64,000 bases of DNA, from the NCBI GenBank assembly GCA_030704615.1, contig CM060732.1, positions 3,224,001-3,288,000 of the forward strand. The letters run 5' to 3'. The stretch comes from Takakia lepidozioides. Taxonomy: Eukaryota > Plantae > Bryophyta. Made by a program: the position numbers and the translations under genes. Shown in pieces: positions 12,771 to 26,770 of this stretch (position 1 is the stretch's first letter; every line of letters begins with the position of its first letter). The notes beneath the pieces are model-generated. The model ran no database searches, was not told the DNA's origin, and was given only the letters and a program-made list of their open reading frames with translations.

Positions 12771-13025
12771 AGCCCATGTAGAAGGAGGAAGGGCTTAGTT
12801 TTGTCTGCAGTTGGTAAATGTGAGACATCGTGTCCGATCAATAAACCCATCGTACCTCACTTCTGTATGATTGTGTTTCATTCTGTTGAATAACTGTCGG
12901 AATTGGCCCACTGTTTACAATTTGATGTCTCATTTCTACAATTTGTCTGTCCGGATGAATATACCAGAGTAACCGGTATGAGAGTCATGTGTCAAGAATA
13001 TACCAGAGTAACGCCATGTCGGCAT

Positions 13026-13760
13026 CGAAATGCGGTGCCGCATTTCCGTGCCGACATGGAAATGTATGAACCGCATTTCAGTGTCGGACAATGGAATGCG
13101 GTGCATCATTTCCGTCCAGGTACACGAAATACCAACACGGGTCTATAAATTGGACAGACAACGAGGTTGGCATTGCAAATGCGGCGACGCATTTCCAGCT
13201 TGGCAATGGAAACTTCTCTTTGGACAAGGGAATGCGGTGCCGCATTTCCATCCAACACTTCGAAAAGTGCACCCATTTCCGACCAGCTCGATGGAATGCG
13301 TTACCGCATTTCCGTGAGAGGGTCTGCAAATGGACAAATTGCGATGTCCGTTCTGGAAATGCGGCGCCGCATTTCCATGTCCGTCATCGATTTTTTTTTG
13401 ACAATGGAATGCGGTGCCAATTTTTGCTGATGGGCCTGCAGTTCAAACAACGACCATCCCCAATATGGAAATGCGGTACCGCATTTCCAATTCCGCCATC
13501 TCGACCTCCTTGTTCGACCTCCTTGTTCGACCTCTGTAAGCGTGGTGGCATCCATGCAATGAGCGGGAGAAGCCAAAACTGGCGTGTGGACAAAGAAAAT
13601 TTTGGAAATGCGGCACCGCATTTCCAATCGGCCGATTACTTTTTACTATGCCAACATTGAAATGGAAAATTTAGTCCCTCCCCTGTTTTGGAAATGCGGT
13701 GCCGCATTTCCAAAAGAGGTTTTTAGAGTTGCCAAAATTTTGGAAATGCGGTGCCCCATT
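13026..13760. repeat. Cluster of family-B palindromes GGAAATGCGG-YR-CCGCATTTCC
   Basis: About a dozen copies, between the convergent 3' ends of two cargo genes. Confidence 0.85.
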
Positions 13761-13899
13761 TCTGATTTTGGGAGCGTCGTGGTTTGGGCGATTTTGTGGC
13801 TGGAATGCACACTGGAGAGGGGTCACGAATGTCGGGGAGATTTTCCTTTATATACTCTGGAAGAGAATTTACATTTACAGAGACTTCATTAAAATTCTA

Positions 13900-15463
13900 T
13901 TAATCTTGAAAATCATCCGAATCCTCATCCTGTTCTAGACTGTCCTGCTCCGCCTCCACCCCCTCAGTGCCTTTCTCATCTCCAGCGGACTGCTCGTTGG
14001 CCAGGCTTTCGAAAATCCCATCTTCCCCTTGCGGAACTGTCCATCTCACCTCCGTTGGGTCGTCTTCCTCCCTGTCTACGTCGCTCTCATCCGCTGAATC
14101 ACATATGTATTTTCGTACCCGTCTACCTGTCTGAGCAGCTGCCAACTCTTTCCTTATCCTTCTGTCCTCCCTAGCCCTCTCCAAAATCTGCTCTACTTTA
14201 CTGGGATTCTCACTTCTTCGAATCGCTGTATTTGCGAGTTTAGCTGCATAACTAGGAAGGGAGTAGTCCCTCACCGGTCTCGTCATGAAGTCGACCCTCG
14301 CAAAGAACGGGACATTCTTCCTGGCAGGAAGTGTAGGCCCTACATGTTTCGACCCGGACCCTGCAATCCTACACATGACAATCATCAACGAGACTAATGA
14401 GAACCACAGTCGGGAAATTCGTTTGACAAAAATGACCCAGAAGGCTTTGCAAACTTACAATGTTTGCACTCACTCGTATTCCGGGTTCTCCTCCGCATCA
14501 ATGTCCACTGTGTCTTCCTCGGACTCCGACAAATCCGAGGAGACTTCCGCTCTGTTGGGAGCCTTAACATTCCGTTGCAGCCCTTCCAAATGGGATCCCC
14601 ACATGGATGAATCCTCCTCGTAGGCAAAGAGGTGCCGGTCGGAAAATCGCCCAGCCCACATTGAGGCACTTGTTACAATGCCATCCACACATTACAACAT
14701 GGCGCTTCAGATGTTGCGAATTACATCCTAACGAGAACTTGCAGAACAACATAGATCAAGATTCTGCATACATGTCCCACAGATGAGGTCGAGCACTGTG
14801 CCCTCCACGTCTGTGCATGTCTCCATAATTGTCTGAATGAAGGCAGGGCTCCGAGTCCGTGAGTACCGCAGGGGTTCCGTTGAAGTGAGGCTATGAGGGA
14901 GAAGTTCCTTGGGAACGTTGTTGAACAGAACGTCGTAATTGAGGGGGTCGCAGTTCGGGTCAACCTTTCCTCCCTCCTTCCGGAAAGCAAAGGTGGAGTT
15001 CTCCTTCACAAAGCAGTATGCATCGAACTGCTTCGTCTGCATACACAGGGGAGAACGATTAGAAACCGAATGCGGCACCGCATTTGAAAACACCCAAGCA
15101 AATGAATGGACGAGTGCCAGTGTCGTAATCACCTTCTTCCCTTCCGACCGAAGGCCTAGTGTGTTGATGCACGTCCACTTCTTTTTCAGAATGGGGACGG
15201 CGCTCTTGCGGGTCCACTTCGCAATTCCTGTCTGAGTGTTTTTTCCTCTGCTCGCCAGGACAACCACTCTGTCGTCCAACACCATGCGGGCAAGCCCGAA
15301 TCCTTTCTTCCAAAAGTCCTCCGAGTACCTGTTCCAAGATGGCAAAGCTTGCAGTCCTTCCACGGGCTCTCCGTCCGGAATATCCAAGATGATCATATCG
15401 CAAGACCACTCGGTGGCATTTCCGCCCCTCCTACAATCCTTGTCTGCACACACCCTCTCAAAG
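13900..15463 (-). pseudogene. 3' half (methyltransferase domain and acidic tail) of the family-B ParB-MTase gene, 5'-truncated
   Basis: MIILDIPDG, WTCINTL, RSPAFIQTIMETCTDVEGTVLDLICGT, RHLFAYEED; near-duplicate of 21649-23221. Confidence 0.75.
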
Positions 15464-15724
15464 CGGAAAGCTCAAAGAGTTTATGGGACAAAATGAAAAA
15501 AACAAAGTAAAAAAGCAGCCCAAAAGCTATTGCTGCTCTGGGGATTGCCTAAGGGTCAAGGCCTCGTGCAAGTAAGCTGCCAAGCAGTTCAGATCCTCAT
15601 AATGCAAGACTTCAGTGAGTTCCACGGAATAGACCATCTACCCATGGAGGTTTCTTGTGGTTATTGATCCACAGGGAATCATAGGTAATCTTGTGCTTGA
15701 AATTTGGCCCTCTAGGATGAATCT

Positions 15725-18700
15725 GTTTCCCATTTCTGAGGCACGCACCCAAGATGCCTCCACATGATGATAGCCCTTCCATTTGACGAGATACTCCGTT
15801 TCTTGGTTCCTGAACCTCCTCGACTTAAGTATTGCCTCCACCTCGTACTCAGGTTCATTTTCATGATCCAACAGCATAGGTGGCGGACGCAACACTTGAT
15901 GCCGATTCGGACACGCTTCATCTTTGAAGTAAGGTTTCAAAAGGGAGACATGGAATACTGGGTGCACCTTGCTCTTTGCCGGCAGCTCCAATTCATACAC
16001 ATCCTCATTCATAACCTTCCGAATGCGAAAGGGTCCCGCATACGAAGGTACGAACTTCGGACTCACTTCCGGAGGTAGTCAGAAATTCTTGATGTTCAAC
16101 CAGACCTCTGTGCCTGCCTCAAACTTCACTTCCCTCCGCTTCCGATTTGCCTGCCTTTCATACCGTTTCCTAGCTTTGGCAATATTGTACTTTGCGAGCT
16201 TCAACAAACGCTCGCGTTCTTCCAGTACCGCCACTACTGCCGGTTCCTCAACGTCCTGGGCGGCCCAACTTGTCGGCACCAGAGGTGCTTTTCCATAGAC
16301 CAACACAAAAGGGGAAACTCCCGTTGCGGAGTGTTCTGTGTTATTATAACAGAACTCTGCCGCGTCTAAGTGTTCCATCCAGTCTGATTGGTCTGCCGAC
16401 ACGTAATTCCGCAAGAATTGCTTCACTACGGAATTCACTCTTTCCGTTTGGCCGTCCGTCGTAGGTCGGAAGGTGGTGCTCATCTTCAGCCTCGTCCCCA
16501 TCTTCTTCCAAAGTGCTCTCCAGAATTTACTCGTAAACTTTGGATCGCGGTCCGAGACAATATGCTTCGGGACTCCATGATGCTTTAAGACGTGGGCGAA
16601 GTAAAGTCGCCCTGTCTCCTGCGCCGTTGCCGTCTCCTTGGTGGGGATGAAATGACCCATTTTACTGAACCTATCTACCACCACCATGATTGCATCGAAT
16701 CCTTTTGACAGCGGCATAGCAGTCATGAAATCCATCGAGACGCTTTCCCAAGTCCCCTCTGGAATCGGCAAGGGTTGTAACAGCCCCGCTTGCTTTTTGT
16801 ACTCGCTCCGATTTTGTTGGCATGTGGTGCATGTCTTGACATACTCCTCTGCCTCCTCCCTCAGTTTGGGCCAGAAATACTCTTTCTTCAAAAGTGCTGC
16901 AGTGCGCTTGGCTCCGCCGTGACCCGCAAGCGGGCTATCATGGCATTCTCTCAAGAGACTATCCCTGATCCCTCCCTTCGGCACGTAGAGACGCTTTTGC
17001 TTATACCGGAGCAATCCATTTTGCAAGTGGAACTGCGATTTAACCCCCATCCTCAAGTCCTGCAACACGGACTTCGCCATCTCATCCTTCCGGCAAGCCT
17101 TCCGGATCTTCTTTTGGAGCGCCGTCTCGCCCTTGTACACCAACAAGAGCTGCTGCTTTCTACTTAAAGCATCGGCCACCACATTGTCCCGTCCCGGTTT
17201 GTACTGGATATCCACGTCGAACACCGCCAAAGTATCTTGCCACCTAAGTTGTTTTGGGGACAACTTGGGCTGCGTGGCAAAATACTTCACTGTGACATTG
17301 TCCGTGAACACCTTCACTGGGTTGGAACCAACATAGTGGCGCCAGAGCTCAAGCCAATGCACCACCGCCTTCATCTCTTTTTCGTGCGTCGGCCATCGTC
17401 GCTCCACTTCATTCAGTTTCTTACTTTCGTAAGCCACTGGACGTCCATCTTGCATAAGAACACCCCCAATCGCGAAGTCCGATGCATCTGTATGAATCTC
17501 AAACGGACGATCGAACTCCGGGATTTTCAAGACTGGAGCTTCCGTCATCCGCTGCTTCAATTCAGCAAAAGCTTGGCCACAAAATGTGTTCCATACCCAG
17601 ACTTTGGATTTACACAGAAGGTCCGACAGCGGCCCCGCGATCTTGGCGAAATTTCTCACATACTTCCGGTAATAGGAGGCGAGTCCTAGGAAGGATCGCA
17701 CTCCCGGGACCGAAGTCGGAGGCTCCCAGTCCAAGATCGCCCTCACCTTTCTGTCATCCATTTTGATCCCATCCTGTGTAATCACATGCCCCAGGAACTC
17801 CACTTTTGTGACCCCGAATTCGCACTTTGAAGCTTTGGCATACAGCTTCCCTTCCCGCAATTTTTGGAACACCCTTTTGAGGTGCTCCAGGTGCTCCTCC
17901 TTTGTTTTCGAGTACACCAAGATGTCGTCGATGTACACGATCACAAAGTCATCCAACCACTCCTGGAAAAAGCTGTTCATCAGCGTGCTAAATGTCGCTG
18001 GTGCATTGGTGAGCCCAAAAGGCATCACCAAGAACTCATATGAACCATACCTTGTCCTGCACGTGGTCTTCTCCTCATCTCCTTCCGCCACCCAAATTTG
18101 GTGATAGCCGGAGCGCAAGTTGATCCGGCTGAAATACTTCGCTCCTGCCAACCGATCGAAGAGGTCGTCGATCCTTGGCAAAGGGTACCGGTTTTTGATA
18201 GTCACCTTATTCAGAGCCCTGTAATCGACACACATCCGCAGCGTCCCATCCTTCTTGTCTGCAAATAGCACCGGGGCTCCGTAAGGTGACTTACTCGGCC
18301 GGATGTACCCCTTTGACATTAGATCCTTGAGCTGAGTCTTTAGCTCGACCAACTCTCTGTGGCTCAACCGGTAGGGCGCCTTGGCAGGCGGTTCCGATCC
18401 CGGTATCACCTCAATCTTGTGGTCAACTCCTCTTCGCGGTGGCAAGCCGCTTGGTAAATCCTCCGGCATCACATCCTGGTATTTCTCCAAAATCCCCTTG
18501 ATCCAATCTGGGCTCGGCTCCCCATCGCCTTCTCCTTTCACTTCTCTAACATAAAGCAAAAACTGGGGCTCGTGTGCCTCCTCCACGGCCCACTCCTTTG
18601 CTGACAGAAGGTTTATTCGCCCTCCCACGGATTTGGGCGTTTCAGACACTCGTAAAACCTCGCCACCATTCCCACATGGCAGCGTGACTACTCTCTTGCG

Positions 18701-20230
18701 GCCATCTATGACCGCTCCGGATTTGCTCAAAAAGGTCATCCCCAAAATGAGATCCACTCCATCGATCTCGCAGATGATGAAGTTCTCACGTCCCTCCCAA
18801 CTCCCCAGTTGAAGAGGAACATCAATCGCCAACCTTGTCGCCAACTGTGGTTCTCCTTTGGCAGAACGCACCTCAATAGAGGCCCCCACGTCACTTGTCG
18901 GGAGTCCCAGCTTTTGTGCCGTTGCCGGTGTCATGAAGGAGTGCGACGCTCCTGTGTCCACCAACAACGACACATTAGTTCCGGATATTATCCCATCCAC
19001 GAACAATAACTGACTCCCTTTTCGTAAGGCGCCAGTTTCCTGATACAACTCACAAGAAAATTTGCCTACCTTGCAAGTCCTGGCGACCACCGCTTCCACC
19101 AAGCGACTGATGGTATCTTCCGACAGCTCCGTGGTCGCCTGAGTCATGTTCAATTGCCGGGGCTTCGTGCACTTCTTGGCCATGTGCCCGGGCTCCCCGC
19201 AATTGAAACACACTCCATCAAAGGTCGCCTTCTGTCCGCCATAAGCCGCTCCACCCGCTTTTCCTTTCGGAGCATCGGGTGCCGCCTTGACGTGTGAAGG
19301 CCCTCCCTTCGATTTCCACGTGCCATTATCGCCGCGTGGCCTATCCCACTTCTTTTCCGGTCGGAAGGAGTCACCTTCCCGCCGAATCTTCTTGTGGTTC
19401 AGCTCCGTACGGCCTTGTCTTTCACCCCTAGGGACATCCGAGAAACATTCAGCCCTCTCAATTGCCTCGTTCAAAGTCTTGGGTGGCTTCTCCTCCAACT
19501 TCCGCCTGGCCCATGGGGCCAGTCCCGCCACAAAGTTGAAGACCATTTCTGGTTCTGCCATGTCCGCGACTTCGAGCAACAGCACATTGAAAGCCTGGAC
19601 GTACCCCCGAATGTCATCTGTTTGCTTCAAATTCCTCATCTTGTCTCGGGCAAGCCAGGACGCGTTGAGGGGCACAAACTGTCTCTTCAACAATTCCTTG
19701 AACCCACTCTAGTTCAAGGTTTCCGGACTTGGACCTCGGTCGTGAAGGCGTTTCTGCCACCATTGTTGAGCATAGCCCCTCAAATAGGTGGGAGCCACTT
19801 CCACCCGATCCTCGTCACTCAACTTGGCCGCCCGGAAGTACTGCTCTAGCTCCAGGAGCCAGGTGTTGAGTGCCTTCCGATTTCGGACGCCCTCGAAGGT
19901 GTCGGGTTCCTTAGGCTTCACCTTAAACTTTGCCTTAGTGGAAGTGGCATTAACCGCCTTCAACACGTCTCTCAACGTCCCGCCAAACTGCGCCAACAAC
20001 CCTTCCCAAAAGGCTGCCGGCATGGGAGGCATCTCTTGGTTTATCGGAGCTCTCAAGGATTCCTCGGGCTCCGACTCCTCGGATTCCTCCCGCTCTTGAG
20101 CGGCCTCGTTTTTGGAAACATGCATCGCTTCCTCAAACGGCCGCCTCGGTGACGCGTCGCCCCCATCGGGCTCACCGGGATCATCATCTTTTGGGCCGTT
20201 CCGCTTTCGCTTCGGCTTGCCCGACCCCAT
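15725..20230 (-). pseudogene. gag-pol polyprotein (Gag, CCHC, protease, RT, RNase H, integrase, chromodomain), single frame with two stops
   Basis: [14 protein letters not shown]; [10 protein letters not shown]; YIDDILVY; [10 protein letters not shown]; SMDF/SDRD/GQTER; YEVEAIL...YLVKWKGY. Stops at 19709-19711 and 16079-16081. Confidence 0.92.
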
Positions 20231-20271
20231 GATGAGGCCAATCCCAAGGACGATCACGTACTGAACTCTAA

Positions 20272-20283
20272 GCTCTGATACCA
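20272..20283 (-). promoter_or_regulatory. Primer-binding site for tRNA-iMet
   Basis: TGGTATCAGAGC on the minus strand, 2 nt after the LTR end. Confidence 0.9.
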
Positions 20284-20285
20284 AA

Positions 20286-21012
20286 TATCGCGCACCTCAC
20301 TTCGATAAGCTCCCCTTCAAGTCATAGTTACTCGCTTTGGTGCGCGCGCCTGACTCCCAACCTGGCCGCCCGGCCAACTTGGAGCTTCGGCTGCTCACCG
20401 GGACATAACGGTCCCCCTTTGCTTCCCTCTAAACCCTCCACCTAATTGGGACTAGGAGAATTCCCTTTGGTAGATGGCAGTCCGGAACAGCTCCCCACTC
20501 TTTGGTCGCTTTCCGGCTCGCTCGCTTACTCACTAGTTTTTGGTTACCAATGGGCTTGCACCGTTCTCGGGGTCACTACTCCCCTTATATATACTTCTAT
20601 AGCTGTCCGCGGGGGTTCCACAACCAGCCATGCCATTTTATGGCGAACCACCACGAAAACCCTCGACTCCCGGTGATGAGTCGCGGTGAGTCTTGGCCCG
20701 CTCACCACGGCCCCTATGGACCGTGATGAGTCCCAAGACTCCCCACGACTCCCACCACGAGGTCTCCGCCCCCATGGTGAGTCCTATGCCACCCCCACTA
20801 AGTCCCGCTAAGCTACCACCACCCCTTGTGGAGCCTCCCCCACCGCAACCCGGTGTGCGGGGCTCCACCTAGTGAGCGCCTCCGCCTCCTTGAGTGCCTT
20901 GGGCACTCAAGGGTGCTTCAGCCCCCGTACCTATCGCTGCCACGGCCCCCACCACAGGGGCAGCCCCTCTTGAGTCCCGACCTCCCTGCCCTCAAGCCAA
21001 AGGGCCGCGACA
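20286..21012 (-). repeat. 5' LTR of the chromovirus
   Basis: Starts TGTCGCG and ends CGCGATA (one mismatch from the inverted repeat); TATATATAAG near 20590; adjacent to the PBS. Confidence 0.75.
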
Positions 21013-21037
21013 GACAATGTAAGTTTTTATAGGACGA

Positions 21038-21512
21038 TGGAATGCGGTGCCGCATTTCCGTCAAAGGGTCTGGTATTGGACAAACAACGATGTCCGTTTT
21101 GGAAATGCGGCGCCACATTTCCATGTACGTCATCGAAATTTCTTATTGGACAATCGAATGCGGTGCCGCATTCCCGTCTAGCATCATGGAATGGGGAGCC
21201 GCATTTCCGTCGATGGGTCTGCAGTTGGAAAAATGTCCATCTCCAAAAGGTAAATGCGGCACCGCATTTCCATGTTTGACCTCCGCATTTCCATTTACCT
21301 CCATGGAAGGAGCTGGCAATCGGCAAAACTGCCGTGTCGGAAACGGAAATGCGGCACCACATTTCCGTTTGTCTGAACAGTTTCTGATGTCCAAACCATG
21401 AAACGGAAAGTTGTTCTTGCCCTGATTTTGGAAATGCGGTGCCGATTTCCAAAGGAGGTTTTTGCAGTTGCCACATTTCCGTTCAGACATTGAAATGCGG
21501 TGCCGCATTTCA
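21038..21512. repeat. Cluster of family-B palindromes, homologous to 13290-13760
   Basis: Several GAAATGCGG-YR-CCGCATTTC copies. Confidence 0.85.
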
Positions 21513-21648
21513 GATTTTGGGAGGGACCAGGTTTGGACGATGTTGTCGTTGAGAAGCAAATGGGAGAGGGGACATGAAGGACGGGGAGAATTTCCTTTAT
21601 ATACTTTGGAATAGAATTTAAATGTACAGAGAGTTCATTAAAATTCTA

Positions 21649-24600
21649 TTAATCTTGAAAATCATCACTATTGTCGTCTTGTCCTTGACTGTCTTGCTCC
21701 GCCTCCACCCCGTCATTGCCTTTCTCATCTCCAGCGGACTGCTCGTTGGCTAGGCTTTCGAAAATCCCATCTTCACCTTGCGGAACCGACCATCTCACCT
21801 CCGTTGGCTTGTCGTCCTCCCTGTCTGCATCGCTCTCATCCGCTGAATCACATATGAACTTTCGCACCCGTCTACTTGTCTCAGCTGTTGCCAACTCTTT
21901 CCTTATCCTTCTGTCCTCCCTAGCCCTCTCCAAAATCTGCTCTACTTTACTGGGATTCTCACATCGTCTAATCGCTGTATTTGCGAGTTTAGCTGCATAA
22001 CGAGGAAGGGAGTAGTCCTTCACCGGGCTCGTCATGAAGTCGGCCCTCGCAAAGAACGGGACATTCTTCCTGGCAGGAAGTGTAGGCCCTACATGTTTTG
22101 ACCCGGATCCTGGAATCCTGCACATAACAATCACCAACGAGACCAATGAGAACCACAGTCCGGAAATGCGTTTGACAAAAAATCACCCAGAAGGCTTTGC
22201 AAACTTACAATGTTTGCACTCACTCGTATTGCGGGTTCTCCTCGGCATCAATGTCGACTGTCACTTCCTCCGACTCCGACGAATCCGAGGAGTCCTTGGC
22301 TTCGATGGGAGCCTTCACATTCCGTTGCAGCCCTTCCAGATGGGATCCCCAGATGGTTGTGTCCTCCTCGTAGGCAAAGAGGTGCCGGTCGGAAAACCGC
22401 CCAGCCTACATTGAGGCACATATTACAATGCCATCCACACATTATGACATGGCCCTTCAGATGTTGTGAATGAAAGCATAACGAGAATTTGCAGAATAGC
22501 ATACAACAAGATTCTGCATACATGTCCCACAGATGAGGTCGAGCACTGTGCCCTCCACGTCAGTGCATGTCTCCATAATTGTCTGAATGAAGGCAGGGCT
22601 CCGAGTCCGTGAATACCGCAGGGGTTCAGTTGAAGTGAGGCTATGAGGGAGAAGTTCCGTGGGAATGTTGTTGAATAGGACGTCGTAATCGATGGGGTCG
22701 CAGTTCGGGTCAACCAACAATCCCTCCTTCCGGAAAGCAAAGGTGGAGTTCTCCTTCACAAAGCAGTATGCATCGAACTGCTTCGTCTGCATACACAGTG
22801 GGGAACGATTAGAAATCGAATGCAGCACCGCATTTCAAAACTCCTAAGAAAATTAAAGGACGAGTGCTAATGTCGTAATTACCTTCTTCCCTTCCGACCG
22901 AAGGCCCAATGTGTTGATGCACGTCCACTTCTTCTTCAGAATTGGGACGGCGCTCTTGCGGGTCCACTTCGCAATTCCTGTCTGCGTGTTTTTGCCTCTG
23001 CTCGCCAGGACAACAACACAGCCTCTGTCGTCCAACACCATGCGGGCGAGCCCGAATCCTTTCTTCCAAAAGTCCTCGGAGTACCTATTCCAAGATGGCA
23101 AAGCTTGCAATCCTTCCACAGGCTCTCCGTCCGGAATATCCAAGATGATCATAGCGCAAGACCACTCGGTGGCATTTCCGCCCCTCCTGCAATCCTTGTC
23201 TGCACACACCCTCTCAAAGAAGGAGACCATCTTCAGAAACCCAGGGGTGTCGGAAGGCTCTTCAGCAGCCGCCTTCTTCAGTGCTCTGCCCTTCAGACCC
23301 TCCATGGTCTTCATGTATGCCAACTTGGCTACCCGTCCATCCAAAGCCGCCAAGAAACTCTCATTCACACACTGGACTACTGTATCGGGATCCACTTTTG
23401 GCCTCTTCATTTCCACCAGCTCGAAAGGGTGCCCCCCCAGGGGGTTGAAGAGTGCCTTCTTTGCCGAGCCAGTTCTCGTCCCTCTCGTGACAACGGCGGG
23501 CACAGGGGATTTCGGCTGCGTCTCGGGGGGTGGGCTGGTTGCCAAGTCTCCATCGGAGTCCTCTTCCTCAACCTCTACCTGCACTATCTGTTTCTGCTTC
23601 TTGGTTTTCTTGGGTGTCACAACTGCTGCTCCTTGCTGGCGAGTCCGCTTCTTGGACCCCTTCTGTTGAGCCTGCACAGCTGCATCCACTGTCTTCTGTG
23701 CCATCTCAGCTGCCTTTCTGGATTGTTCTAGAGCAGCAGCTTCCTTTGCCAACTCTGGCCGAGCAGGGACACGTATTTCCTTTCTCTTCTCTTCTGCTTT
23801 CGCGTGCAGATCTTTCTCAGACTCGTCAACAATTCCGCCAGACATGTCCAGGTACCACGGGCATCCAACCAGATGCGCGGCATGCCATTGTTTCTGCATC
23901 TCGGGTGTGTAGACACAGCTTGGGCCCGCCACGGTCCAAGCCATGAAGAATGGGGGCTCTTGAGCCAGGTCCCCCGTCTGAAGAAGCATGTATTTCATAT
24001 ACCTGCAGAGCAGTCAGCATGCGTGAGCAAATGTTGAGACCAACGTACCCGCAGAGTGCAACCGAAAACTAAAAATGCGAATGCGGTGCCGCATCTCCCA
24101 GACAAACCTCATAACCAGGCTTCGCATACAAGGACAACTGGGCTTCACCTGTAAACAATTCGCATTGCAGCTTTTCCCGCTCCCTCCTGATGTGTAAACT
24201 CCACGCTCCTTCTTGCTGTCTGCAGCTCCCTGGCGAAGAGGTTGTCCTTGTATGCACATCTGAAACGTGTCACGTAGTCTTCCAATGTCTGTGTTCCATC
24301 CCATTTGACGTACAAGCCGAACGAATTTGTATGCATTACGACTTGCTCCTTTGCATTCGTCATTACCTGCCATTCCCACATGCATTGTCACGTAGCAGTT
24401 CAGGGAATTCATTTCAGAAAAGCAAATCTGGGGAAGTACCTTGAATTACCTGGAACCACCAAGTCATGTGGTTGAGCCACACATCCACTGCAGGGTCGGA
24501 AACTTCGAGTGGAAAAGACCACATTGTCCTTATACTCTCCGATGCATTCCAGATCGATAGCCACCGTGTCTGCCATTTCCGATCCAATGTCAGGAGCAGG

Positions 24601-26770
24601 AAGAAGAGTGGCTATTGCTAGGAAGGAACTTCAATGCATTGAAACATCACCTTCTCTTTTGCTTCAATACATGCCGTTGAGAGGTGATGCAGTTTCTCCA
24701 ACTGCATGGTCGACTGCATGGCCCGAGAATAGTGTTTTGCAATCTCGGGGATGAAGTCCTTTCCAAGTGCCGGATCTGCAATGGCCACTAGCTTCACAAG
24801 CTTTGACTTGTATTTCATTCTGGACTTGACCCCGACTTCCTTCAAGTGCTCAATGACTGCAATGTTTTGACCTGCCCCTCACTTTCCATGAAGAAGCGTT
24901 TGGCATGGGCCAAATCCAGCTTGATGTTTGACTGCCAACAAAAACATGCAGAAGCGTTACATTCGATTCAAGTGGAAAGATTACTGGAAATTGGGGAAGG
25001 ATGAGCAAAGGGAAATGGGAGGACGACTTACTTCGTATATCACCTCCACCATTCCATCCATAGTGAGACGATACCATGTCCGGTCAGTTTTTGCCACGGC
25101 TTTCTGAATGAGCTCGGGCTCTAGCATTTCCGCAAACATGTGCGGATCAGTGAGACCAGTTTTCCTCACCCTGTACAACATATGTGCCATGTGGGTATGC
25201 ACGTACGCATTCTCAGTGACCCTGCAAGGCACACTCTCCAGTTCAGTCCACGAAAGCACGGAAACAAAACAGATTGGAAACCGAAATGCGGCACCGCATT
25301 TCAAACGTGCTTGGGAGGGTATGAGTATCTTACGAGTTGAGGTCCGCCATGGCATTCTTGAGCAGGGAGGAGTTTTCCGCCTTCACCTTGAGGATGACAC
25401 ACTCCACCATGTAATGCCAGCCAATGTGCTTGGCATGGTTCTGCTTGATGTACTCCCACCAGGCGAGAAGTCGGTGATTCCCGTCCCACACAAAGAACAT
25501 TTTAACCGACATATGGCCAAAGTCTGGATCACCCTTCAGTGTTGCCTCAAATTCGTCGTTGCGAGTGTGCCAGTGGGTATCCCATGTTGACAATTCATCC
25601 GCAGTGGGTCCACGAGATTCGCCGTCCTCATTCTCAAATGAAACGTAGAAGGCTGGCGAAGCTAGACGGTACCCTTCTCGAAATGCGAACTTGAGCTTAT
25701 CCACATCTCCGGGAAGTGCCTGCCTGACGATGGGAAGGGAGACCATACAACAGAGTGGGATTTGAAGAGTCCGCTGGAATACCCTGCTGCCCAGAACTCT
25801 GCCAATGCTACTATGTGTCTCCTCCAACATTGTATCCGCTGCACTTTGGAATTCCTCCGGAGACATTTCTGCTGGTGGCGGTAGGGGCTGAGCAGCTGGA
25901 GCATCCCCAACTGGAGCTGCACTCTGGGGAATCTTTGCGGGCAATTCTGCAATTGCAGAGGCCTCCTCCGGGCCTTCAGTATTATGAAGATCTTCCTCAA
26001 CGGTGGTCAGGTCTTGCTGCGAACGTTGAGAGGCAGCACCCTCCTCCGGTACCACATCGACGAAATCGGTCGATCCCATTGCCTTCGCTGCAGCAGAGAT
26101 GCCCCCAACATCACCAGGCTGTAAATCAAGCAGGAACTGGGCTTCAGCTCGTGGAATCGGTTTTGCGGGAGACTGCTCCGCCCTCCCCCTGATTGCCTTG
26201 TGCTTCCTCATTCTTGCAGGTGAAGGTGTCTGCCTGCTTCATTCACCTGGGTGGGGGGGAAATGGCCTGGTCCGGTTCAGAAACAAGTTGAAGTACGGGC
26301 TGCTTCTTCTTCGTCTTTGCTGGAGAAGGGCTAGACCCCTACTGGCGATTCTCCATGACCTTCGAAGGCGAGTCGCTCTCTGGGGCTTTGAACTGCAAAG
26401 ACTTGCCCTTGGAAGCCGCATCCTTGAAACGCATAGGGCTAGGCCCGGCAGGAAGACCCGTGCTCGTGGATCGGCTGGGTGTGCGTGCTGCAGCTAGCTC
26501 CACGGACTCTGCCTGCGGCTCTTTGGATTCCTGCGATCCCTCCAGCACGTCCACCTTTCCGGTTAGGCATGCAAACATCTTCTGCATTCAAGTCTCCTAG
26601 CATACAGTCTAAGAATTGCAGAAGAAAAATGAGGCGGGTTTCGGTGCTCGATCAGCTGGCGAATCCCGATAGCACGGAGCTCTCACTGGTGGCTGGGTTG
26701 TCTGCGTGGCCTGATGCTGCGAGATGGCAATCTCCTCCTGTAGACGCATCTGCTTCCTCCCCTTCGGCAT
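21649..26770 (-). pseudogene. Multi-exon ParB-like + amino-methyltransferase-like gene (family B)
   Basis: LQIPLCCMVSLPIVRQ...FFVWDGNHRLLAWW (25330-26211); QLEKLHHLS; GCPWYLD; MIILDIPDG; VLDLICGT. Domain order and several intron positions match family A. Some stops, e.g. TAG near 22407 where copy 1 has TGG. Start codon tentative. Confidence 0.75.

Larger units (their letters stand above)
10647..15463. mobile_element. Left part of a giant Mutator-like element, family B (copy 1)
   Basis: Terminal repeat, cargo ORFs, family-B palindromes and the 3' half of the ParB-MTase gene; about 13285-15463 aligns with about 21030-23221. Confidence 0.7.
15725..21012 (-). mobile_element. Ty3/gypsy chromovirus (Galadriel-like), 3'-truncated
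   Basis: 5' LTR, tRNA-iMet PBS and gag-pol with chromodomain; no PPT or 3' LTR seen. Confidence 0.9.

Noticed and set aside
15464-15724. 3' LTR remnant of the chromovirus
   Set aside because: No similarity to 20286-21012 and no PPT; unassigned filler.
19709-19711. Programmed gag-pol readthrough stop
   Set aside because: It falls inside the Gag capsid region at a position where Trp is expected (TGG to TAG).
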